A stretch of DNA of 61,791 bases, the filler included, from Choristocarpus tenellus KU-1152 (Eukaryota > Protista > Phaeophyceae): the NCBI GenBank assembly GCA_964200185.2. It is 11 parts of 11 records of this genome, joined end to end, with 100 filler letters (N's around TTAATTAATTAA, not from the genome) between each part and the next. Parts side by side here need not be neighbours in the genome. Positions count along the whole stretch, not along the records: positions 47,700 to 53,291 come from CAXNAD020010312.1; positions 53,392 to 57,742 come from CAXNAD020014973.1; positions 57,843 to 61,791 come from CAXNAD020016989.1; 8 more parts are not named here. One strand, given 5' to 3'. Below the pieces are notes generated by a model that saw nothing but the letters and a program-made list of their open reading frames with translations, searched no databases and had not been told where the DNA came from. Within the stretch, counting starts at the first letter, position 1; each line of letters opens with the position of its first letter. Of this stretch, positions 51,080 through 61,791 are shown in pieces. The translations under genes were made by a program, and so were the position numbers.

Positions 51080-51876
51080 GAAACGTTCAGTATCCCTTAC
51101 ACCACAAAACCCATCCTACACTTTACTTTACCAATCGACAGAACACGTCAATTGTAGTACATACATGCGCCAATAGTGTCAGGAGCGACACCAACCGTGC
51201 ACTTGTGAGCTGTTTCCCAATAAAAAATTCAGATGAAAACACACGATCTACCGTTCGACAAACTATCCCCATTCACTTCGTTCTACGTGCTTCATGGTAC
51301 GTTTTCGTAATCTTTTAGATGTGGCTCGCAATTGACCGCATACACGATGCACACTTTTTCAAGATATTGTAAAATCGGGACGGTTTCGGTTCTCGATGTA
51401 TTAAACACACCCTTCTCCATGCTTTCAAAGTGGGGTGCCATCCAACATGGCCGTACTCCGTAGAACACTTCGTGACCATGAAGCGTTCAGTATCCATTAC
51501 ACCACAAAACCTATCTTACATAATACTTTACCGTTCGACAAAACACGTCAATTGTAGTACATACATGTGCCAATAGTGTCATGGGCGACACCCACCATGC
51601 ACTTGTGAGCTGTTTCCCAATAAAAAAACTCAGATGAATTTACACGCTCTGCTGTTTAACAAACTATCCCCATTCACCTCCTCCTACGTGCTTCATGGTA
51701 CGTTTTCGTAACCTTTAGATGTGGCTCGCGATTGACCGCATCTACGATGCACACCTTGTCAGGATATTATAATCGGGGCGGTTTCGGTTCTCGATGTATG
51801 AAACACACCCTTCTCCACGCTTTCGAAGTGGGGTGTCATCCAACACGCCCGTATTCCGTGGAACACTTCGTGACCA
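51080..51876. repeat. Tandem duplication, 2 x ~400 bp
   Basis: Units start GAA(A/G)CGTTCAGTATCC at 51080 and 51480 and end ACACTTCGTGACC at ~51477 and ~51875; highly similar throughout. Confidence 0.92.
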
Positions 51877-51999
51877 AACATTGTGCAAGCCCCCTCCACT
51901 GAAGAAAGGTGCAGTATTATGTATCTTCGCATCATGAAGATACATTGCTAAAGTCAAAGGGAAATAAACCCACATCCAACTCATATTATAACATCCTTT

Positions 52000-53291
52000 G
52001 GATCCCACTCAGGAAACGGGGAGTAAAGAGACTACCCAAGACCAGTGCCGCTCGTTCATGGAAGAAATCCAAATCGGACCAGATCATGGACCTCTTCCTC
52101 TCGATGTTTGCCAACCATGATGGTCCAGAGGAGATGGAAGGAAGCGGCCGCACTTGGAACGACCTTGCCTCTTGACTGTTGGATGAGAGAAGCAGATTTG
52201 CACCGTTGACAAGTGTGCTGCAGGTTGTGCTGGATCGGGAACAACGCGAGTCCACGCCTGATCTCCAAGTCAAGACATTCCTAGAATGTGTAAAGAAAGA
52301 TCTTAGCACTGAGCACACCCGCCAGGTATAAAAATCCATCCTCATCGGCATCGCTCCTGATGTTGAAATAGGCGATGACGGGGTGACATCGAAGTTTCAA
52401 CCCCTTCTGTTCGTCACAGCAAGAAAATACGACATCAACGTCGACACACTAAGGTCATCCGCCAATAAATGCACGGAATTCATGCGAGACATGCGGCGAC
52501 AAGCGAGCCCCTCCGCATCGGTTGCCGATGACGATGGAAGATCGTCTCCCGTATCCGACACCCACGCCCCTCGCTACTCTCCTCAAGACACCGCCCAGAG
52601 GTAAGGAAGTTCGATCTCGTCAACCATCGATGGTGTGACACACATAACTTGGCCCCCGGGCAAACACGTCCACTATATGCTGAAAACAAAATCATCACTA
52701 ACAAATGCCCAGATGATCCCTCATATCCTGGTGCACAACCGACACACTCCCCAGATCTCCCATCGTTACCTCAGACAAGACGACAGACCAAGGATATTCG
52801 ATGTGACAAGGGACAGCTCCTCGCAACGGTTTGATGTGCAGCATCCCGATGCACATGTTCTTGGTATCACTGTATGGGAGAGCAACAGCATCGCCATACC
52901 CCACGATCCGGTCACATCTCATGATTCCACCCAGGGCATGCACTACATAGACCCACATACGAACAAAAGAGTTTGTCGCCCGGGTGCACTGTGCCAACAG
53001 CACGCTCAGAGGTACTCTACAAGAGCGAGTGTTGTCCTCACAAATATTGCGCATATCCACCCTCTCCACTTTATGGATGAATCATTGTAACATGTTCATC
53101 CTCGACCAACACAACTCTATGTAATTTCAATACATATACGTGGCGCAACTGACGTGACAGCAGATCACAGATTGGGACAGATGAGGATGTCTACGCCAAC
53201 TTCAGGGAGAGATTCGAACAGGAGGGGACGCCGGGGCCAATACCCTGTCTGTCGACATTCGTGAAGTGGAGACCGTTCTACATCACAAAGG
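52000..53291 (+). pseudogene. Decayed ORF, possibly N-terminal part of a DNA transposase (truncated by contig end)
   Basis: Long protein-like frame 52000-52600 with isolated stops; final block DVYANFRERFEQEG...CLSTFVKWRPFYITK resembles the Y..F...STF.K.RPF motif of transposon-derived proteins. Confidence 0.45.
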
Positions 53292-53432
53292 NNNNNNNNN
53301 NNNNNNNNNNNNNNNNNNNNNNNNNNNNNNNNNNNTTAATTAATTAANNNNNNNNNNNNNNNNNNNNNNNNNNNNNNNNNNNNNNNNNNNNCCCCTCACA
53401 AACCACACCCCCCCCCCTAGATACTTTGACCC

Positions 53433-53548
53433 CAAAGTGCATTTACAGTATCCATCCGACATATGCAACTAAATCACCCCAAAATTGCGACATTAAAAAA
53501 TTGACCCCAAATGGACAGCCACCACCCCGTCCCAGATACTTTGAGCCA
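53433..53548 (+). mobile_element. MITE family B partial copy
   Basis: TATCCATCCGAC...AAATCACCC...CCCAGATACTTTGAGCC. Confidence 0.75.
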
Positions 53549-53683
53549 CCATCAGTACAGCATCTGCGTGCACATAACAAAATCTCTACATAGAGACTTC
53601 AATCACAATACTTTATTGAGATGTAGATACATGGTGGATAGTCGGCAACTAAACTGTACCCTTTGTATTTCTCAACTTTTCAG

Positions 53684-56600
53684 ATTTTGCTTCTATCTAA
53701 GCAGAACCTCTCCCTTAGAAGTGGAATTGACTCTGTGGAAGCAGAGTTGACACAATTGCATGGGGCTATTGAGAGCAAAGATGTTTGCATACAGCGCCAA
53801 AAGCGAGAGGTGGACCGGCTTAAGAGAGACATCAAGCGCTTGCAGGTGCCTTAGGTACCAAGCTCGAGAGACCTGTGGAGACCAAACAACTCAACAAACT
53901 GTGGGGACTTGAAGAATCACTTCCAGAACCTTATGGGCGGTCTAGTGACAATGATATGTTTCCTTTCTGTAGCAATATCTATCAACTTTATCATTTGTAC
54001 TGGCTTACTTTGGTGAATTTTGGTGATAGACGCTCTGTACATACATTGAGGGGTATATAAGGTAGTAGGTCATATTTAAATATTTTTGGTAGAAAGAGCA
54101 GGCAGCAATAGAACATAATTGAAGCAGCTACTAATTATTCTCAGACTGCTATAAAAAAACAATGAGCAGATTGATATCAATTCTATAATTTAGAAGAATT
54201 ATAATACCTGGAGTAGTGTAAATGGTAGTAGTAGTTATTGACATCCATGGGAGTAATGGAATCTAGTCTGACAGTATCTTTTTTGACATGTGGCCAGATT
54301 TAGTGATGTAGTTGTCTTCTTTATCGAACGGTGTGCCACTATCCCTTGAGTTTGATGAGTGATTTAATACTCTAAAACATTTCACACCTTCATTGCTGTC
54401 ATCAAACAATGCAACATATGTGCCTCATCCATCCTACTCTATGGACCTTCATCCAAGACATAAAATACATTCCTGACTCCATAGACTTCTGTTCAAATGA
54501 TGTGAACATTCAACTCTAACTAGACAGGTCGATATTGAGGAAAGCAAGGGTCGGAAGCATGCTATGGAGGTTGCTGCCACACAGAACACTCGCCTGCTCA
54601 AGGTACACCCTATATATCATATATTATATCGTACAATAGCAATTTCTGGACCACCTTCTTCCTTACCCACCTACAAACTTTGCCTGGAGAAAGAAGCCCG
54701 GTTTCCTCATCACTTGGATTACAACAAGGCAATATATGTACAAACAATCTCCAGAGTGTTCACACTGGGCTAAACAACTAGCCTTAATCATACAGTTCCA
54801 CTGAAACAAATATAGAATATTAATAAGTGCTGTACTCAACCAAAATAACCTCTGCATTGGATTGTATGAGTTGGATTGTGTGCATTTAGACTCATTGAAT
54901 CAACCAGGCTCCCACACTTGTGTTAGCTACCTCATTTGCAACCTTCAGTAGAAAGGATAGCTTCATCCGCAGTAAGCCTGGACCTCACAAAATATGATAG
55001 ATCTCCCCAAACCCTAACCCTAACCCTATATGTCAGCATCCTCTGAAACATGGATAAAAATAGTCATGAAGTATGTAATTTATGTAGCATGCATTGATGA
55101 TAGGGTAATCTCTATTGTAGAATAATTTTAGGGTTAGAATTGAGGTTAGGGTTAGAGCCTCTATTTGAATCCTCCAACACCTGCACTGCTCTGAAGTGCA
55201 CCCTTCAAGAAAACACTTAGTCTTGAGCCGCACCCACCATCTCCAATATGCAAAGCACCGAAATGTGTTCCCACCTCAGGGAAAACGTCTTTCAAGGGAC
55301 ACACCCACAAGAACTGACATTTGACAGTCACTACCCAAGTGTTCTACGTGATAACAGACTTGAGTGCCTCAAAAACAGACAAGTAGAGTATCATTTTTCT
55401 GTTTGGTACTTTCTCTTTTTAGTTCCCTTGGGCATGTGTTTCTTTATGGGGCTTCAGAGTCAGACCGACCACTCCTATTTTGTCCACCCAAAGCTGTTGG
55501 AACAGGAGGAGTACAAACGAGAGGAAGTGTTGTTGGAAAGGGATGCCGCTCTAGCTGAGGTGTGTGTGTGTGTTGAACCAATTTGAATATATTTGTAACA
55601 TATGTATCACTGAAACATATGTACGTCTGTATGTCTGTTTGTATTTGTCCCAAAGCCTTATTTCCACACCAAGAAATTACTTTTTATTATATATTATTCA
55701 ATAGCGATGTGAGTTGACTAGGTCTATGATTTGAGATAAAGAGCGATTGGTGACCGACCAACAACTCATGATTCAAGTCAAGATTAAGAGGCTTGATCTA
55801 TGCACATCAGGAGCCCGTTATCCATGTGACATGCAGCTGTGTAAGAGGAAGGGATGCCAGTTGAACAACCTGCCAGAGGGAACAAAAGTTGGGGATATTT
55901 TGTATTCTGCTCTATGATCTTTGTGAAAATCGTGTACTTGAGAGATGAGTAGGAGGTATCATTTAAACTCACTCTGAAGTACTTTCCAGCAAAGTGCTGA
56001 TCATGTGTTTTGTGTCAGGTAGTACTGCAAGTAAGGCACAAAGTGTTACACATTACACTCAGATAGACACTTTTATCATGATAGCTTCTCACATTCAATT
56101 TACTAGGAATACCAAACAATAGTATTTCAACCTACTTCAACTGGTGTGCCCCATTACTGTTGAAGAGTATGTAGTGAAGGTGATTGAAACTCACAGGATT
56201 AACTGAGTACATTTATTCCTATGAGAAGGTTCACTTTACACAACAGAATGAACAACCTTTCCACAGCTTGGAGAACTCAAGGCAAGACTGAAGGTCAGTG
56301 ATGAGAAGTTTGCAAAGCAGGAGGCTGGAATGCAAGTAAACCTCTTCAAGGCTCTTGGAGAGAACAAGGCTCTTATCAAGAAGTAAGTCCAGCTCTGATA
56401 TAACTGGAATGTTTATGATAAGTGAACATTTGGGTCAAGATTGCAGATTTTTTAGGAGGGAAACAAAAGAAAAGGAGGTGTAACAATCCTAGCAACAGCA
56501 GTAGTAGTGGTGATGATGTACTGCTGGGTGTCAAATAAAATTGAGACATTTTCTTGACTATTGGGTGTGTTGTATGCATTGCTGCTTCCCCTCAAAGTAC

Positions 56601-57489
56601 ATCATAAGGACTGGGTGCACATCTGTCATGAGGATGAGATAATGCGTGGAGATGTTCAAAATCAAAAGGGGAAGAACAAGACCATTCCAACTCTAGTGCT
56701 ATTTTGTTTGGGCAGTAGTCAATGGAGTAAAATATTTCCCCATTGTCTTGGTGAATTAGAGACTGATATGTTGAGAATTAGAGACTCATATGTTAAGGAG
56801 CTTGTGAAAAAAAGTTGCTTGGTCTTGAATGATACACAATTTCTTGGTTGAAGAAGATGCACAAGCTACTTTACCATCTTCTATTCCATTCCACCCAACA
56901 ATGTAATAGAAAGAGTATTGGAACACATTCAGATATTCTGGTACAGAAGAACGCCTGCTAAAGCTGGAGGGTGATCTAGCAGAGGCAAAAGCGACAGCTG
57001 CAAATGACTCAGAAAGAGTGAAGGGGGAACTGGCATCTCGAACACAAAATCAGTATGACCTACTCCACAGTCTCCAGGCAAGATGATTTGGCAATTGCTT
57101 TTCCATTGAAACCTTCCTGGAAGAGTATGATCTCTACTGAACTGTGGTGCATTGCAAGGACGCCATAATAATGGCTCCTTAACCCTAACCTCAAATCCAT
57201 GTGTTTTCGGTCAAGTCCTGAACTCCGCGATGGTCCTGACAAAGAGAAGTGTGTTGCATTTTGTACACTCAAATCTAGTAATTAAGTTCAACACATTCCC
57301 ATGATTAAGCTGTGCATGCTGAAATGAATGTGGTTCTGAATGTTGAAGTTGATGCTCACCTCCCCACTTAACCAGGTGGCGCAAGACAACAACCAAAGGA
57401 TGGAAGACGATTTGGAGAGGAATGCAGAGGCCCTAGAGAGAGCAACACAACAAAATACCGAGCTCGAGGCTCGTCTAAGTGCTCTTCGG
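53684..57489 (+). CDS. Partial coiled-coil protein; exons 53684-53845, 54528-54602, 55494-55559, 56267-56382, 56933-57077, 57376-57489
   Basis: Phase-compatible splice-bounded exons give a continuous E/K/Q/R/L-rich heptad frame (VEAELTQLHGAIESKD...LEQEEYKREE...EALERATQQNTELEARLSALR); one GC donor at 57078. Confidence 0.75.
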
Positions 57490-57675
57490 GTAAGGCACCC
57501 AATTGGGTTACATCTTGCTCTTTTGATTGGACCAACTTAGATACCTAGGTGTGCTACACTTCGGGCAGAGCACTCTTTGCGGAAAATACCTCTAGAAATC
57601 TGGAAGATTTAGAAAGAAACGTATTGGAGGCGAGGCACAAGAGTTTCAAAGTCTTTGTCCACCATGTATCACTAT

Positions 57676-57742
57676 GGGTCAAAGTATCTGGGAGGGGGTG
57701 GCGGCTGTCCGTTTGGGGTTAATTTTTCATGTCTCGATTTTT
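57676..57742 (-). mobile_element. MITE family B, truncated by contig end
   Basis: GGGTCAAAGTATCTGGGAGGGGGTGGCGGCTGTCC...CATGTCTCGATTTT is the reverse complement of the 12525-12591 segment. Confidence 0.8.
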
Positions 57743-58546
57743 NNNNNNNNNNNNNNNNNNNNNNNNNNNNNNNNNNNNNNNNNNNNTTAATTAATTAANN
57801 NNNNNNNNNNNNNNNNNNNNNNNNNNNNNNNNNNNNNNNNNNCCCCCCCCCTCAGATACTTTGAGTCTGGAAGTGTATGCTGGAGAGTATCGGAGTTGGT
57901 GATGATTCCTACCAAATGATTCAACACAGTACAATTTGTGTTAGGTGATCTTAGGACATAGCTATCTATGAGACATTAATAATAATATAGTAAACCCCCT
58001 CTGATCAATACTTATCTTTGACCAGGATATCTAGCATGAGATCTCACTTTTAAGGCAGCCAATATGCAACTACCAATTGTTATTCTCAGTAACAGGGTGC
58101 TTGTTGTTGCAATTTCCAACAGCTGTCGTGTTGATGTTTTGATTTTGAATGTGAATCCCACATTATAGTTTAATTGTGTTAAGGAAAAACGACAGCAGAT
58201 GTTATTCGGTGAGCACCCTATTCTCCTACACGGACGCTCAATGTATTTAGAGTAGTTTGTAATAATTGCATCTCCCTTGAGCACCTGGAGCGCTTGTTTT
58301 AAGAGCGGGGCACCTTTGTCTCATGCATCCAACAAAGATGCTTCAACCCTTTAACTGTTGCCTTTGTGTGGTATTTCCAACAGTTGGGGTGGAGTGCCTC
58401 CTATGTGGTTAATCTGTCCTTCTATTTGTCTAAACTATTGCTATTTACAAGCATGGAGCAATGGGATGCAGTGGTTGGCGCCCTCAACCATTAGCACTAT
58501 TTCCAATTCACAGTCACAATCAAGAGTAACCCTCCCCAAAGCCCCA

Positions 58547-60618
58547 TTAGTACTTGAGGCTACAGAACGCTGCCACTCCAGCTTTGACCCACGTCTCCTG
58601 GTCTGAGCTCCCTGCATTATTTATGAAGTCTACACGATTAGAGGGTACATCAATCCACATAACAAAATTTGTGGAGTGTCCTGTGGTCGATAGTGTGCCT
58701 CTCCTCGAAAGCACCTGCAGGAGGTCCAGTGGTGTGAAGGAGAAGGGGCGAGGAAACTTCAATAGAAATCCATCCAGTTACTGAAAAAAAATACCTGGAC
58801 AAAAAAAATTAATGCTAGTTGATTTTGTTGTACTCTGCACTTAATTCTCCTCACATATCCTAGATCACTTCAGAGTACTTCACATGTGAAACACAGTGTG
58901 TAATTTCTAAATACTTCTAAGTACAATAAAATGTACTCTGGGGAACTACTGCATATACAGCAGCAATGCACCATCCGCATCACAGTCCCTGTAAGTATTT
59001 TCCTTGAATAATACTGTGGGGATTTTACCTGGGTTATGTCTGCTTGGCATATTACCTGTTTAAAACCGAGGGTCTACAAAAGGAAAATCTTCTTGTGAGG
59101 AAGCAGGTACGATGTTGTCACTGCCATATTATTTTCTAGAACATATTACCTGAATAGTATTCTTGCTTGGACTGCTGCTAGTCATAGTCCAGTAGACTTC
59201 GACAATGCAACGTTTTTGAATGGATCTATTTGCCAGGAAAAACAATCTCAGACTGTAAGAATTATCTGACCTTGTAAACGGGGCACCGATAGACACCTTG
59301 GTCTGGATTCTGTCGGTGTTGCTCTGGATCAAGGTGAAGTACTGGCATGGGTGTGTACAATTGTTTTGGCCTGGAATCATTGAGAGAACCCAGCTCCGAA
59401 TCCCACCTAGCTCCCTCAAGAAACAGACCTCGGATGTATGCACCATCCTGGATAAAAGAGAAAACGCGATGAGATAAGTAGACCAGTATGGTTACTCAAA
59501 ACACTTCTGATGCTCAGCTTGATATCGTGAGGAATTCTGCATTGTCTAACTCCCCCGTTTTCAAATGCCTGTAGGTATATGTTACATGTAGTATCGAAGC
59601 AGGCTATCATACTCCATGAGTACAGTAGAGTATATAGTTCCTTATAGATTGCAACCTCCAGGTACTGTACATTAAATATGTTTTATGTGAACTAGTTGAC
59701 AAGAGCAATACGATGCACTTCTACGGTACAGTGGTAATCTTGAAGGTGCAGTACATTGAGCCCTGTCCCACAGACAAGAAACATTTACCAAGTGCATGAA
59801 CTATCCTCCATTTTGTAATATCACCTGTGGCCGTGTTGGAAGCTGTTCCCATGCTGTTTCGACGGTCATGAAATTAAACTGCACAGTATCAATAGCATAA
59901 TGCATCCTCCTTGCATAGTTTTGGAGTGTGCCTGTCAGGAACGCCTGCTCAAGGGGAACATAGAGGAAGCAATGAGCTGTATGGTCTTTCCTGCTCATAG
60001 ATTTGCCTCTCAGAGTACCAAATAGCTAGATTCATTTATTGAAACCGAAAGTGTAAGAATAGCTGGCAGAGGAGTTGCTTGTGTGGAGGGTTCCTGGAAC
60101 AAGGTTAGCTCTCTGATGTAGATTTTATAACTTGTCACACACATAGGCCACCAACCAATCCACCCAAACAAATATTAAGCAAATTGATCAAAAGCTATGG
60201 GAGTAAGGTGGACAGGGAAATGCATGTATCCAGCACTTGCCTGTGGGAAGTAAAAACCTGAGATCCAAAACACGGCCGGGATTCCCTTTTCAACCCAGGA
60301 TAAGAAGAAATCCAGGCGCTCCATCAGATCTTCCACCCAAGCAGACAGTGGCTTCATGGAAGGGTATGCCTATTTTTTGGGGGGGTTCCAATATGATGGT
60401 TATCTGATGCAGTATTTTTTCCCTTTATTATACTCCAGCATGTGCTCCTACTAGTGTAATAGCATATAGAGCAGAGATGAGGTACTTGAAGAAAATGTAG
60501 CGGTTGAGAAGAAACCAAATGAAGGATGTAGTGCGGAGATTGACTGGTAGGGCTCTACTTTGGAAGGTGTACGAACAAGAACACATTCACAAGTTCGGGA
60601 ACTCACACACTATCACTT

Positions 60619-60687
<69 letters not shown>

Positions 60688-61725
60688 CTCTCTCATACAC
60701 ACTCATGCACGCGCGCGAACGGGCACACACACACACACGCACACTCACTCACTCACTCAAACACACACCCACTGGTGCACCTTTTGACACCACATGACCC
60801 TACTTGTATGAATGAACCACTGACCTTAGCTTCCCATGCGCTGGGTACACTGTTGAGTGCAATCGCCTTCCCAACTGCCTCTAGCTCTCCAGACATAACA
60901 ACAAGTCCCTTAAGGGCCTTCTGCAACTCAGGAAGAGACCTCTCCATTTCAGCAATCAACTTGTTGTAGCGAACTAACTCTTGAACAAGAACCTGGCGAG
61001 CGCAGTGTTTGAAACAAGAGAAATCTATCTTAGCAACCCCATTGTGGCTCAAGCTCTCAGAGTCTTGTAGAATATATCCAAGGCCATATTCGTTCGACAG
61101 TAGCGGGTGAATTATTTGCGTGGTGCAAAGGCCAGTGGCACTGACTCATATGGCTGAAATCCTTGTTTCAAGAAAGTGGTATTGTCTGTTGTGTAGTACA
61201 TGTTGTTGAATTGAATTCTATTGAGCATAATCCACTATGCAATGACCCCATTGTGGTTAAGCATGGTGTAAGTATCTCTTCCTTCTGTCGCAAAAGTACT
61301 ACAGCATCTGTAAGGACATTTTGTCTTTATGGTCTCATAGTGTTCCATAAAATCCATTGAACTTATACGTCTATTATAATCTTTACAACTACACTACCTC
61401 CCACAGACAGCAACTGTCTCCTGGATCTATCAATATCTTACTACTTAGCTTTGACGACACGATCTATATTCCTGGTGATGAGAGAGCGGCTGTGCCAACT
61501 CCTACCTAGCGCTCATCGCTTTAATACAACAATCCCCAAAAAATTGTTAGAAATCAATACTGCGTGATTGATGACTTGCAATAGATGGCTTACCGTGTTC
61601 ATGCTTTCTTCATACACGACGGGAAATTGCATGGTAATTGCCTCCACATCAAATTGTCCTCCCTTGGACATCAGTCGCTCTTGAATTGACTTGGCCTCCA
61701 ACCCAATAGCCTCCTCACCTCCAGC
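58547..61725 (-). CDS. Axonemal dynein heavy chain, C-terminal exons ~61725-61594, 60992-60825, 60369-60241, 59944-59825, 59447-59271, 58714-58547
   Basis: FPVVYEESMNT|VLVQELVRYNKL...ALKGLVVMSGELE|AYPSMKPLSAWVEDL..RL.F...W...G.PAVFWISGFYFPQ|AFLTGTLQNYARR|DGAYIRGLFLEGARWD...YRCPVYK|VLSRRGTLSTTGHSTNFV...WVKAGVA; all introns phase 0. Confidence 0.96.
60615..60770. repeat. Compound (CT)n/(CA)n microsatellite in a dynein intron
   Basis: Directly visible. Confidence 0.95.
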
Positions 61726-61764
<39 letters not shown>

Positions 61765-61791
61765 CCCCCCCCCACCCCCCTGACACGTTGG

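Noticed and set aside
61727-61780. Long poly-C tract as a poly-Gly insertion in dynein or a G-quadruplex
   Set aside because: At the window edge, and C/G runs recur at contig ends; length is probably unreliable.
1-61791. Functional gene cluster linking NAA40, E3 ligase, coiled-coil gene and dynein
   Set aside because: They lie on different contigs joined artificially; no linkage can be inferred.
1-61791. rRNA, tRNA, Fanzor/TnpB or prokaryotic operon features
   Set aside because: No recognisable motifs found by eye; a tRNAscan/Infernal/HMM run would be needed to exclude them formally.

Overview
Eukaryotic, intron-rich genomic DNA. It is most likely a brown alga or close stramenopile relative (inference from an axonemal dynein, TTAGGG tracts and an Ectocarpus-type LINE C-terminus). 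The window is not one locus: it is 11 contigs joined by ten identical 100-nt spacers (N44-TTAATTAATTAA-N44), so adjacency across spacers means nothing. Host genes: a complete two-exon NAA40/Nat4-like N-terminal acetyltransferase, head-to-head with a ~1,550-aa low-complexity gene; the 3' six exons of an axonemal dynein heavy chain; part of a probable TRIP12/UPL3-like E3 ligase with a RanBP2 zinc finger; part of a coiled-coil gene; and unassigned exons. The most coherent system is mobile. A Sola2-type DDD transposase pseudogene can be rebuilt from about 9 spliced exons (32.5-37.7 kb). Two MITE families share G(A/G)NNNAAAGTATCT termini; one has GRG...CYC ends and 4-bp target-site duplications, and their ends sit at many contig breaks. 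Also present: decayed LINEs, foldback MITEs, a perfect 45-bp-arm palindrome beside a ~75-bp repeat array, a 400-bp tandem duplication, short interstitial telomere tracts and GC-AG introns. All calls come from manual reading and motif recall; no database search was run.
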